From assembly GCA_965242925.1 (NCBI GenBank), contig CBDEUM010000029.1, positions 407,832 through 471,831 on the forward strand: a stretch of 64,000 nucleotides of DNA. Direction: 5' to 3'. The notes below the pieces were generated by a model, which made no database searches, had not been told where the DNA came from, and saw only the letters and a program-made list of their open reading frames with translations. Position 1 is the stretch's first letter. Each line of letters opens with the position of its first letter. A program made the position numbers and the translations under genes. This stretch comes from Roseibacillus sp. GTDB taxonomy: Bacteria; Verrucomicrobiota; Verrucomicrobiia; Verrucomicrobiales; Akkermansiaceae. Positions 10,272-19,635 of the stretch are shown here, piece after piece.

Positions 10272-11045
10272 GTGATGGCAGCGAGGGAACGAGCCGATTT
10301 TCTGCTGGTTGCGCGGGGACTTTGTGATTCGCGGGAGCAGGCCAAGCGCTTCATCATGGCAGGCGAGGTCATGTGCGGGACTGAGCGGGTTGCCAAGCCC
10401 TCCACCAGGGTGCCCCTGGACGCTGATTTGACTGTCCTGCGTCGTCCGAGATACGTCGGTCGGGGAGGGCTCAAGATGGAGGGTGCGCTGAAGGGGTTTG
10501 CAATCGATCCGGCAGGTTGGGTTTGTCTGGACCTGGGCGCTTCGACCGGAGGATTTACGGATTGTCTCCTGCAGCACGGTGCGGAGCGGGTGCACGCGGT
10601 GGATGTAGGCACAAATCAACTGGCGTGGAAATTGCGGCAGGATTCGCGGGTGGTGGTGAAGGAGCAGTTCAATGCCCGCCATCTGGTGGAGTCTGATGTG
10701 GGCGAGCGGGTTGACCTGGTGGTAATGGACCTCTCCTTTATTTCCCTGACCAAGGTTTTGCCGGCGGCTGTTGGGGTGCTGAAGCCGGAAGGGATCGTGA
10801 TCTGTCTGATAAAGCCGCAATTCGAACTCTCCAGAGCGGAAGTGGGGAAGGGGGGGATCGTGCGCGACCCGGAATTGCGGGCCAAGGCGGTGGACGGTGT
10901 CCGTGAATTCGTCACCCGGGAATTACAGTGTTCCTGGGCGGGGCTCATTGAGTCACCAATTACCGGAATGGACGGGAACGTCGAGTTCCTGGCCAGACTG
11001 CAACTGAGTGATCCCCGCTCCGACCATGCACCGGATCGGCAATAG
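10272..11045 (+). CDS. tlyA: TlyA family rRNA methyltransferase (S4 + FtsJ domains)
   Basis: YVGRGGLK, DLGASTGGFTDCLLQHGA, DVGTNQL, DLSFISL, LIKPQFE, SPITGMDGNVEFL. Confidence 0.95.
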   Translation: MMAARERADFLLVARGLCDSREQAKRFIMAGEVMCGTERVAKPSTRVPLDADLTVLRRPRYVGRGGLKMEGALKGFAIDPAGWVCLDLGASTGGFTDCLLQHGAERVHAVDVGTNQLAWKLRQDSRVVVKEQFNARHLVESDVGERVDLVVMDLSFISLTKVLPAAVGVLKPEGIVICLIKPQFELSRAEVGKGGIVRDPELRAKAVDGVREFVTRELQCSWAGLIESPITGMDGNVEFLARLQLSDPRSDHAPDRQ

Positions 11046-11066
11046 AAGCATTCGACAGGACTCTGC

Positions 11067-12335
11067 TTATTGCAGGCGGCTCTTGGCCGCCCAGAGTCCC
11101 AGGGCGGGATTGCCGATAAAGTAGAACCGTTGTCCGTCTGCGTCGGTGTGCCATCCATCACTGCGTCCGTCGGGCCGGTAGCGGGTCATCATTTCGTCGA
11201 GGTCGGCATATTGGTAGCCCACGTCCTCGATCTGCTGCCGGGTGAGGTGGCCGGGGCAGTAGGTGACCGTGAATCGTCCCTCCGGGGAGCCATGGATAAG
11301 GTGGGCCGCCGCTCCGAGATTGTCGCGCAGGTCATCGTTCTCCTCCACGAGGCGAATCACCTCGGCGGTGGAGCGGTAGCCATACTTGCGGATCATCCGA
11401 TCGATCTCGGGATCCTCACCGAAGGTTCGCACGCCGGGGGCGAGGACAATGAGTTCGCCGCCGTCAGCGATGGCCATGCGGGTGCGATAGATGCCCTTGT
11501 TGCCGATCCAGGTGCTGTGGAATTCGTCGGGATCCATGAGGACCACCACCCTGTCGAGTTCCTCGTCGAGGTGGTTGAAATTGACCTCCACGGCGAGTTC
11601 TGCGGCCTTCTCGAAGGCCTCGCGGTCTCCCACGAAGAGCCCGCGGGTGACAAGATTCCCGTCGGCGTCGGCCCCGATCACGGTCTGGGCGTAGATGATG
11701 GGGAGATGCCCACAGAAGGTATCCTCGGCGTAATTGAGGATCCTGCGGAGGCAGGTGTCGGTTCGCCCCATCATGCGTTCCGTTCCATAGATCGACCCGA
11801 TGTAGTGGCTCTCGTTGATACCGGCTTCCCCTCCCGTTCCAACGAAGAGGTTCTTGTTCCCGTTGGCAACGCCGATCACCTCGTGAGGCACGGCCTGACC
11901 GATGGAGAGGATGAGGTCGTGGCCTCCTTCCCAGACGAGTTTGTTGAGCTGCGCCGGCCACGGACGCGTCCATACTCCCTCGGTGACCTCGGAAACAAAT
12001 TCGGCGGGCACCTCCCCGATGGTGACCACGTCCTCGCGCCAGCGATGGGGCCGGATACGGTCGCGCGGGATAGTGGGATACATTCGGTCGAGTTGCTCGT
12101 CGCTCATGGGGAAGTGGGTTCCCAGAGCGGGGAGCACGTCGACCAGCCGGTTGCCGTAGTGGTCCGCTGCTGCGCAGGCGAGGGGACCGGACTTGCTGTA
12201 GAAACGTGAGAAGTCGGGAGGAACGAGCAGGACCTTGTTCCGTCGGCCCAGGGTGGCGAGGGCGGATGTGAGGCCGGTGGCCAGATCCTCGTCGCTGAGG
12301 ACGGTGGTGGGAGAACCATGGGAGAAGAGAAGCAC
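11067..12335 (-). CDS. Lactate racemase (LarA/DUF2088) superfamily protein
   Basis: LLVPPDFSR, PALGTH, PHEVIGVANGNKNLFVGTGG, IADGGELIVLAPG resemble LarA-family epimerases; substrate unknown. Confidence 0.8.
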   Translation of the reverse strand: MLLFSHGSPTTVLSDEDLATGLTSALATLGRRNKVLLVPPDFSRFYSKSGPLACAAADHYGNRLVDVLPALGTHFPMSDEQLDRMYPTIPRDRIRPHRWREDVVTIGEVPAEFVSEVTEGVWTRPWPAQLNKLVWEGGHDLILSIGQAVPHEVIGVANGNKNLFVGTGGEAGINESHYIGSIYGTERMMGRTDTCLRRILNYAEDTFCGHLPIIYAQTVIGADADGNLVTRGLFVGDREAFEKAAELAVEVNFNHLDEELDRVVVLMDPDEFHSTWIGNKGIYRTRMAIADGGELIVLAPGVRTFGEDPEIDRMIRKYGYRSTAEVIRLVEENDDLRDNLGAAAHLIHGSPEGRFTVTYCPGHLTRQQIEDVGYQYADLDEMMTRYRPDGRSDGWHTDADGQRFYFIGNPALGLWAAKSRLQ

Positions 12336-12396
12336 GTGGCTTTTTAACTCCGGAACCGCTCAAAATCGAGCGATTCGATCGATTCCGGGAGCGAGT

Positions 12397-12414
12397 TTGT
12401 GAAAAATTTCACAA
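12397..12414. promoter_or_regulatory. Rex-type operator palindrome
   Basis: TTGTGAA-AAAT-TTCACAA matches the Rex consensus TTGTGAAnnnnTTCACAA and lies 21 bp before the nuoB ORF. Confidence 0.75.
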
Positions 12415-12435
12415 GCTGATCTTGAGTAGGGCGGA

Positions 12436-12999
12436 ATGAGGGTTATTCTTTCCCTGTTGAGCGTAGAAACTGCCGATACGACGCTTTCGCATGCCGCCTA
12501 TGACTCCAAGGTCGAAGGCAACATCATCTTCACGCGTCTGGATTCCGCCATCAACTGGATGCGCAAGAACTCCCTCTGGCCCATGCCGATGGGGCTGGCC
12601 TGCTGCGCGATCGAATTGATGGCTACCGGGTCATCCCGCTTCGATATTTCCCGATTCGGGGCGGAGGTCATGCGGTTCTCCCCCCGTCAGGCCGATGTCA
12701 TGATTGTTGCCGGCACGGTGACCTACAAGATGGCTCTGGCGGTGCGCCGCATCTGGGAACAGATGCCGGAACCGAAGTGGTGTATTGCGATGGGGGCCTG
12801 TGCCTCCAGTGGCGGAATGTATCGAAGCTACGCTGTTCTTCAGGGAATCGACAGGCTCTTGCCCGTCGACGTTTACATTTCCGGTTGCCCGCCCCGTCCC
12901 GAAGCTCTTCTGGAGGGATTGATGAAACTGCAGCGGATCATCGAGGGCGAGAAGCCGATCGAAGACCAGATTGCCGAGATCCGGCAAGCACAGGTATGA
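12436..12999 (+). CDS. nuoB: NADH-quinone oxidoreductase subunit B
   Basis: [53 protein letters not shown]. Confidence 0.97.
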   Translation: MRVILSLLSVETADTTLSHAAYDSKVEGNIIFTRLDSAINWMRKNSLWPMPMGLACCAIELMATGSSRFDISRFGAEVMRFSPRQADVMIVAGTVTYKMALAVRRIWEQMPEPKWCIAMGACASSGGMYRSYAVLQGIDRLLPVDVYISGCPPRPEALLEGLMKLQRIIEGEKPIEDQIAEIRQAQV

Positions 13000-13565
13000 G
13001 TAGCGACGCGGATGCCAGCAAGCTGCGCAAGGAGTTCGGGCGAACCAAGGTGCGGGCGATGCGCGAGTTCCGTGGTGAGCACACCGTGGTGGTAAAGCTT
13101 GAGGCCCTGAAGGAGATCCTGGTGTATTGCCACCAGGACCTCGGGTATGACTTTCTCCTCGACGTGAGTAGTGTGGACAACATGGGCGAGGATCCGCGTT
13201 TCGAGATTGTATACGAACTCGCTACGATCGATGACCGCAAGCACCTGAGGGTGAAGGCCCCGGTGGCCGAGGACGAGGAAGTGCCGACCGCGGTCGATCT
13301 CTGGAAGACCGCCAACTGGCACGAGCGCGAAGTCTATGACATGATGGGACTTCGCTTCACGGGACATCCCAACCTGAAGCGTATCCTGATGTGGGAAGGC
13401 TACCCCTACCATCCCCTGCGCAAGGAGTTTCCCCTTGCGGGCAAGCCCAGTGAGATGCCCGACGTGGCCTTCAGCGGCGTGGCCCCTCTTGAGGGTGGTC
13501 CTTTCGTGACCAGCGCCGGAACGGATCGGGTTGGAGGGGAACCCCGGGCCAAGGGGGAGAGTTGA
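12996..13565 (+). CDS. nuoC: NADH-quinone oxidoreductase subunit C
   Basis: ATGA overlap with the nuoB stop; [40 protein letters not shown]. Confidence 0.95.
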   Translation: MSSDADASKLRKEFGRTKVRAMREFRGEHTVVVKLEALKEILVYCHQDLGYDFLLDVSSVDNMGEDPRFEIVYELATIDDRKHLRVKAPVAEDEEVPTAVDLWKTANWHEREVYDMMGLRFTGHPNLKRILMWEGYPYHPLRKEFPLAGKPSEMPDVAFSGVAPLEGGPFVTSAGTDRVGGEPRAKGES

Positions 13566-13686
13566 ACTGATTGTCCCGGCAACCCGGGCTTGAGAGTGGC
13601 GCTTCTTATTCCGGCGTGCGATTATTGAGCGGGTTGCGCCTCGCAATACCCGAAACCATCGCCCCCATGGTGGGCGCTTTCTGTTC

Positions 13687-14466
13687 ATGAGACGCCCTTC
13701 CTTCCTCCCGCGGATCAGCCTGCATCGGCCGGGGTTTGATATCCTGACCCTTCTCTGCCTGGTCCTGCTGGTGGTTCATGTGGTGGTGGTGGTGGGTGGC
13801 GAGGTGGTGGGTGGCGGAGTGAAGGGCCTGGTGGCCGCGGGCTTTTATGAGACCATTGGTCTGAGCCGCCCGGGAGTGCTGGCTGGAAAAGGGTGGCAAT
13901 TCCTCACCTACCCTTTCTTTCACGGAGACTGGCCGCACCTGCTTTTGAACTGGATGGTAATCTACATGATAGGCGGTCGCGTGCTGCACATCCTGGGAGC
14001 GCGGGCATTCACCAGGATCTTTTTGGGAGGGGCCTTGGGCGGCGGGCTCCTGCACGTTCTCCTTTTCCCGAGCTATCCACTGGGAGAGGGTATTACCCCG
14101 CCTCACCTGCCCCTGGTAGGAGCCTCCGGAGGGATGATGGCACTCCTCATCGTCCTCGTCAGTCTCTCGCCGGATTCGCGGATGTGGCCTCTCATGGTCT
14201 CGGGCAGGAACCTCGGACGCGGGCTCATGTTCTCCACCCTCATTCTGTTCCTGCTCACTCCCGGACTGAAGATCCCCGTTCTGGAAGCGGCGGGACAATG
14301 GCTGGCGAGCAACGGGGAAATGGGTCCCCTCTTCCGGGTGAGCCACATTTGCCACTTCGGGGGTGGCTTGGTGGGAATGCTCTACGCGCGCCGTCTGCTG
14401 CGCAAGCCGGTCAGCCTGGAAGACCTTCGGCGGGATCGGAAACGGCGGGAAGGAGTTGGAGCCTGA
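13687..14466 (+). CDS. Rhomboid family intramembrane serine protease
   Basis: WQFLTYPFFHG..HLLLN, GASGG catalytic Ser, CHFGGG catalytic His; several TM segments. Confidence 0.9.
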   Translation: MRRPSFLPRISLHRPGFDILTLLCLVLLVVHVVVVVGGEVVGGGVKGLVAAGFYETIGLSRPGVLAGKGWQFLTYPFFHGDWPHLLLNWMVIYMIGGRVLHILGARAFTRIFLGGALGGGLLHVLLFPSYPLGEGITPPHLPLVGASGGMMALLIVLVSLSPDSRMWPLMVSGRNLGRGLMFSTLILFLLTPGLKIPVLEAAGQWLASNGEMGPLFRVSHICHFGGGLVGMLYARRLLRKPVSLEDLRRDRKRREGVGA

Positions 14467-14507
14467 CCCTGACCTGAAGGACGATTCATCGGGCAAGCCC
14501 GACGGCT

Positions 14508-15191
14508 CTAGCGCCTTGACTTTGAAGGGGCGGATTTTGAGGGCGCACTCGACTTGCTCGGAGCGTCATCCGTCTTGGAGGACGAACTCGGGGAGGGAGG
14601 GGGAGAAGGACGAGGGGTGGCAGGCCTCGATCTCTCCGGTCTGCTGGGGGAAGGGCGGGAACGGGACGGGGAAGCCGAGCGGGAACGGGATGGGGAAGCC
14701 GAGCGGGAACGGGACGGGGAAGCCGAAGAGCGGGATTGCCCGGAACCCAAGGAGTAGGACTTGGGCGGATTGCCCCGGGGAGTGGGACGGGAGGAGCTGG
14801 AATTGTGCGAACGCGAGGACGGGCGGATGCCGTTATCGTAGGAATCGGTCAGTTTGCGGGAGCGTCCCCGGTCGTTGTCGGCAGCGCGACTGTCGCGATG
14901 GTGTGACTGACCACGGTTGTGGTTGTGGAGAGGTTTCCGGTAATTGCGATAGTAGGTGTGGTAGTCGGTCCGGTGCCCCCCGTGGCAGGGATAGTGATTG
15001 CAGTGCGAGCAGCGTGTGTGGCGGTAGCGGTAGTAGTTGTTGTGAACGCCGATGTAATAGTCGCTGTAAAACCCGTCGTAGTAGCCGCCGTGGTAGTTAC
15101 TGTAGCCACCATTGTAGTAGGGATCGTAAACACAGGAGCTGAGGAGTGCGGCGCAGAGCAATGCGAGAAACAGGGGCAGGGAGTGTTTCAT
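14508..15191 (-). CDS. Hypothetical lipoprotein with Tyr/His-rich N-half and Ser/Arg/Pro-rich disordered tail
   Basis: Signal peptide with LLSS-C lipobox; CSHCNHYPCH motif; SASPSRSR repeats. Confidence 0.75.
   Translation of the reverse strand: MKHSLPLFLALLCAALLSSCVYDPYYNGGYSNYHGGYYDGFYSDYYIGVHNNYYRYRHTRCSHCNHYPCHGGHRTDYHTYYRNYRKPLHNHNRGQSHHRDSRAADNDRGRSRKLTDSYDNGIRPSSRSHNSSSSRPTPRGNPPKSYSLGSGQSRSSASPSRSRSASPSRSRSASPSRSRPSPSRPERSRPATPRPSPPPSPSSSSKTDDAPSKSSAPSKSAPSKSRR
14655..14726. repeat. 24-bp tandem repeat x3 (SASPSRSR)
   Basis: gcgggaacgggaYggggaagccga three times in tandem. Confidence 0.9.
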
Positions 15192-15465
15192 GGTTCTTGG
15201 ACGGCGATTCGTTATACTCTATTCGGGGAAAGTCGGGCCCTGGCACGCAGGAAGTAAGAATTTCTATAGAGCGCAATTCTCCTCTGCAGACCAGAAAAAG
15301 GATACCATAGTCGCTAGAATGCCGGGATATCTCCCTGATTTGGGACAATATGAAGACTCTCGGGCAATATCGCGCATTTGAGAATACAATGTGGTTACAA
15401 GTTCTTGCGTTGGCCTCGGGAACTCCTATGGTTAGCAACAGAAACTCGTCAGGATCAGGACACCC

Positions 15466-16188
15466 GTGCGCGCGAACCCACTACCAAAATTTCCACCCCT
15501 GCCTCCGCCCCGACGGAGGGCAGGCTTCACCCTGGTTGAGATCATGGCTGTGATGATGGTCATCGCCATTCTGCTCTCGGTTGCTGCGGTTGGAATCCAG
15601 AGCATCGACCGGGGTCAGGCGACAACTACCGCGCTTTCCGTCACCGAGGCTCTCTTTGATGAAGTTCGCAGCAGGGCGGTGGGCAAGGGAATACGCGCAC
15701 GGCTTCTCATTCACAAGGAGCTGGACGACAACGACCCATACAAGGAGGATGGCGACCGCTATCTACGCTACATGTATATGGCGGTGGAGGGCACCAATCA
15801 GGCGGGAGACGCGCAGGGGGGCGGATGGAAGGTTGAAACGCAGGCAACAAAACTTCCCACCGGGGTCTACTTCAGCATCGAGGAGAGCGAGAGAGTGGCT
15901 GCTGCGATCGGAGTGGGCAAGCCGGGCACCATGAGCATTAAGCTTCCCGGTGAATCGGATTCGCTCAAGGAGTGCTACTACTTTGAGTTCAACCCTGAGG
16001 GCGTCTGCGTCGACAGTGAGAATGCCGCTTTGGCTCCCGGCGCGGTGGTCGTCCTCATCAGTGGAGCGCGCCCCCGTGGCGCGGAAGAACCCACGATTCT
16101 GAAGAACAACAAGGTGGGTTTCGTCGTCTGGCGTAATGGCCGGACCTCCATTTTCCGCAGCCCTGAACAAATCGATCGCGCGCAATGA
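15466..16188 (+). CDS. Prepilin-type N-terminal cleavage/methylation protein (Verru/Chthon cassette D-like)
   Basis: RRAG-FTLVEIMAVMMVIAILL type IV pilin leader; later FEFNPEG and GRT motifs. Confidence 0.85.
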   Translation: MRANPLPKFPPLPPPRRRAGFTLVEIMAVMMVIAILLSVAAVGIQSIDRGQATTTALSVTEALFDEVRSRAVGKGIRARLLIHKELDDNDPYKEDGDRYLRYMYMAVEGTNQAGDAQGGGWKVETQATKLPTGVYFSIEESERVAAAIGVGKPGTMSIKLPGESDSLKECYYFEFNPEGVCVDSENAALAPGAVVVLISGARPRGAEEPTILKNNKVGFVVWRNGRTSIFRSPEQIDRAQ

Positions 16189-16937
16189 ACACGATTCTCT
16201 CCCAGCTCGGTCGCACCGGTCGCCGTGGGTTTACGCTCATGGAGACCGTGATTGCGATTGGAGTGGTGGCCGTTCTCCTCACGACTTTCCTGGCTGTCTT
16301 CGGACCGGCCTCCTCAAGCATCCGGCGCGTTCTCAGTGCCCAGGAGGCGGGTCGTCTCACCACCGCCCTGGAGAGGGAACTGGGCACGCTGCGGGTGGGT
16401 CCCGATGACGACTATGACAATTCCTTCCACAAGGCCTTCGAGTGGATTCGGGATTCCGGCAAATCGGACAAGGTCGTCCTGCTCTACAATTACCGGGGTG
16501 ATCCGAAGCAAATCCGGGAAGACGCTTCGCTCGAACCGTTCACCCTGGATGGCGGACAGTCCGGTCGGGACTTCATCCTCCAGCCGGCTGTCCGACGCAG
16601 GGGCGACGCGGAAAACGATCTCAAGGATGATCTCGAGGAGGTGGAGGGCCGGGTCTACCTTGTGCGGATGACCCAGATGATCTTTGACGACGGCCAGGAT
16701 CCCGTCCTCATCCCGGGTAGCCATGGAGAGATCAAGAACATGCACTCCCATGACGCGATCGATAACGTGATTTCCTATCCTGGTGCCATCATTGCCTACA
16801 CGGGCGATTTTTACGCGCTGAAGAGCAACAGCTACGAGTTCATCGAGCGTTTGGATCTCAGTGATGCCAATGGCGATGGCGATCCTGACTCACTGGGCAG
16901 GCCCCTCTTCTCCCGGAATCTCGGTGTGCGCCGCTGA
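16185..16937 (+). CDS. Prepilin-type protein (Verru/Chthon cassette B-like)
   Basis: RRG-FTLMETVIAIGVVAV leader; ATGA coupling to the previous gene. Confidence 0.83.
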   Translation: MNTILSQLGRTGRRGFTLMETVIAIGVVAVLLTTFLAVFGPASSSIRRVLSAQEAGRLTTALERELGTLRVGPDDDYDNSFHKAFEWIRDSGKSDKVVLLYNYRGDPKQIREDASLEPFTLDGGQSGRDFILQPAVRRRGDAENDLKDDLEEVEGRVYLVRMTQMIFDDGQDPVLIPGSHGEIKNMHSHDAIDNVISYPGAIIAYTGDFYALKSNSYEFIERLDLSDANGDGDPDSLGRPLFSRNLGVRR

Positions 16938-16959
16938 CCAGACCCTGCCTTTCCCATCC

Positions 16960-17895
16960 ATGACCATTTCCCTTTTTCCAAGACGCTCCGCGCGTGGATT
17001 CACCCTGGCCGAGTTGATGGTGGCGATGGCGATTACCGTCATTCTCCTTACCCTTCTGGTGTCCGTGACGGGGGTGGCCCTCGACGGGTGGCGGATCAGC
17101 CGGAACAAGGTAAGGGCCTCCCGGCAGGCCAAGGCCTCTCTCGATCAGATGAGCCGGGACTTTGAGGCCATGGTTGTCCGGACCGGGAGTAATTTCGAGT
17201 GGCTCTATACCGAGACTGATCCGGATGAACCGGGTCCGGCCGACAATGAAAGCCCGAATGCCGCCCGCATCCTCATGTTTTCCGCGGTCACCGATCGTTA
17301 TGAAGGAGATGTCGAGGGACAGAAGGACAAGGGAGGGGACGTCACGGGACTGAACTACAAGTTGCTCTATAAGGACCCCATCACGGATGACTACGACGAT
17401 AAGTTCAATGTCTTTGCCCTCTACCGCAACCTGGTTGATCCGGACGAGACCTTCGAGAACCTCCTTGAACACGACCCTGTCAATCCGAAGGATCTCAATA
17501 CGAAGTTCAAGCGCTACGAGGCCAATATCGGAAATTCGAGCAATTTTGTCTGCGAGAATATCTTCGAACTGACCGTGGTCTTTACGGTGGAATACACCGA
17601 ACTGGACAGAGGTCGGCTTGTCACGAGGATCGAGCGTATTCCCATCATCAGCACCGGGGGCGATTCTGCGGCGGAGACCTTCAGATTCACGGGCAATGGG
17701 ATCAAGGTGGACGACGCCGGGAACGTCCCCTTCAAACGCGGACGGATCTCGGCGGTGGACCTCAGCATCACGGTCCTCACGGACAATGGGATCGCCACCC
17801 TGCGCAAGGCGAACTTCACCGGGTCCGACCGGAACCGGTTCCTGGCCAAGAACTCCTACCGCTACTCCAAGACGATCCTTCTTCCACAGCCCTAG
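16960..17895 (+). CDS. Prepilin-type protein (Verru/Chthon cassette C-like, PulJ-like)
   Basis: ARG-FTLAELMVAMAITVILL leader, A..SLDQMSRDF, and AVDLSITVL near the C-terminus. Confidence 0.83.
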   Translation: MTISLFPRRSARGFTLAELMVAMAITVILLTLLVSVTGVALDGWRISRNKVRASRQAKASLDQMSRDFEAMVVRTGSNFEWLYTETDPDEPGPADNESPNAARILMFSAVTDRYEGDVEGQKDKGGDVTGLNYKLLYKDPITDDYDDKFNVFALYRNLVDPDETFENLLEHDPVNPKDLNTKFKRYEANIGNSSNFVCENIFELTVVFTVEYTELDRGRLVTRIERIPIISTGGDSAAETFRFTGNGIKVDDAGNVPFKRGRISAVDLSITVLTDNGIATLRKANFTGSDRNRFLAKNSYRYSKTILLPQP

Positions 17896-17931
17896 AGCGG
17901 AGACAATCCAGTCTTCTGCCGAGAGAAGCAG

Positions 17932-17957
17932 GCGCCCGGGTTCCGGGCGCTTTTTTG
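17932..17957 (+). terminator. Rho-independent terminator after the prepilin cluster
   Basis: gcgcccgg-gtt-ccgggcgc hairpin followed by tttttt. Confidence 0.8.
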
Positions 17958-18033
17958 TGGGTCGGAAAACCTGAGCACGTCGTCACTTCCCCCTTGCCGC
18001 CGGGTAGGGGTTGCTCCCAACCTGCATACCACC

Positions 18034-19548
18034 ATGGGACTCAACGCTTTTTCCATTCTCGCGCAGGCCGCTGGCGGGGCCGAATATGATACCTTCCGCC
18101 TGGTCTCTGTCCTGGTCCTGTCGATCATCCTCATTCTGGTCCTGATTCTGGCCTTTCGGATCCAGGCCTTTGTGAGCCTGCTCCTTGCGGCCATCTTCGT
18201 CGGGATCGGTTCCGGGACGATGGAGCTCATCGAGGTGGGGGACACCATCAAGGAAGGAATGGGCGGGGCACTCGGGTTCATTGCCACCATCATCGGCCTG
18301 GGGGCGATCTTCGGGCAGATGATCGAGCACTCGGGCGGGGCTCAGAGCCTGGCTAACGGCATGTTGAGAGCCTTCGGGGAGAAACGGGCCAACTGGGCCA
18401 TGTTGCTCACGGGCTTTCTCATTTCCATCCCTGTTTTCCTGGATGTGGGGGTCGTGATTCTCGCTCCCATTATCTACGCCCTTGCGCGGAAAAGCAGGAA
18501 GTCCGTTCTCGTGTTTGCGCTACCTCTGCTGGCCGGGATGGCGGTGACACATGCCTTCGTGCCGCCCACCCCGGGCCCCACTTTCGTCGCCTTTGCCCTG
18601 CAGGTTCCTCTGGGCTACGCCATTCTCTGGGGAGTCATGGTGGGGCTTCCCACCGCCCTGATCACCATACCGATCTGTCGCTGGCTGGGGGAGAAGTTTC
18701 ACATCGATCCCCCTGCTGCCGATGGTGAGCCGGAGGAGGAGGGAGAGACCGGCAGCAGCACCCAGTCGCTGGGTCTTCCCTCCGTGTGCACCATTCTTGC
18801 CATCCTGGGAGGGCCCATTCTCATCATCGTAGTGGCTTCCTTCGTGGAGGGCTCGATTGCGGACGGGGTCCCGGAGTTTCTGACCACCGAGGAGGGCAGG
18901 ACGCTGACGGAGGGGCTGGACAAGAAGAAGTCCTTTGATGTCGCCCTTGGCAGCCTGAAGGCGAAAGCCTCTACGCTGGCGCACGTCATTCTTTTCCTGG
19001 GACACCCCATCATTGCCCTGCTGATCGGCACCTGTGCGGCCATCTACGTTCTCGGCATGCGCCGGGGCGTTCGCGGAAACGCGTTGATGGAAGTGGCCAC
19101 CAAGGCCCTCGGTCCGGCCGGGATCATCATCCTGGTGACCGGAGCGGGTGGAGTCTACAAGCAGATGCTGATCACCACCAAGGTGGGGGATGCGCTGGCT
19201 GATATCCTGCAGGGATCAGGGTTGGGCCCTCTCATCCTGGCCTGGACGCTCACCACCATCATCCGCATTGCACAGGGTTCCGCTACCGTGGCGATGGTCA
19301 CGGGGGCAGCCTTGATCAGCCCCTTCCTGGCAGCGGGTGACTATTCCACCTCCCAGCTTGCGCTGGTTACGATTGCGATAGCGGCGGGGGCTACCGGTTT
19401 CGGGCACGTCAACGATAGCGGATTCTGGATCGTGAACCGCTACTTCCACATGACCGAGCGGGAGACCCTGCTGACCTGGACTCCCATCCTGACCGTCATC
19501 TCGGTGGTGGGGTTGATCATGGCGTCCCTGCTCTGGATGGTGGTCTAG
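18034..19548 (+). CDS. GntP family gluconate:H+ symporter-like permease
   Basis: GLGAIFGQMIEHSGGA, IPVFLDVG, THAFVPPTPGP, RIAQGSATVAM, HVNDSGFW. Confidence 0.93.
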   Translation: MGLNAFSILAQAAGGAEYDTFRLVSVLVLSIILILVLILAFRIQAFVSLLLAAIFVGIGSGTMELIEVGDTIKEGMGGALGFIATIIGLGAIFGQMIEHSGGAQSLANGMLRAFGEKRANWAMLLTGFLISIPVFLDVGVVILAPIIYALARKSRKSVLVFALPLLAGMAVTHAFVPPTPGPTFVAFALQVPLGYAILWGVMVGLPTALITIPICRWLGEKFHIDPPAADGEPEEEGETGSSTQSLGLPSVCTILAILGGPILIIVVASFVEGSIADGVPEFLTTEEGRTLTEGLDKKKSFDVALGSLKAKASTLAHVILFLGHPIIALLIGTCAAIYVLGMRRGVRGNALMEVATKALGPAGIIILVTGAGGVYKQMLITTKVGDALADILQGSGLGPLILAWTLTTIIRIAQGSATVAMVTGAALISPFLAAGDYSTSQLALVTIAIAAGATGFGHVNDSGFWIVNRYFHMTERETLLTWTPILTVISVVGLIMASLLWMVV

Positions 19549-19635
19549 GAGTGGACGCAGGGATCAAGTGATCCCGGTGCAGGAATGCTTGTTCCCGATC
19601 GGCAGGGCGTAGAGGTCCGGGCAGGGCCTTGCGCC

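Noticed and set aside
15241..15258. Sigma-54 promoter (TGGCACG) upstream of the prepilin cluster
   Set aside because: The -12 TTGC element is missing at the required spacing.
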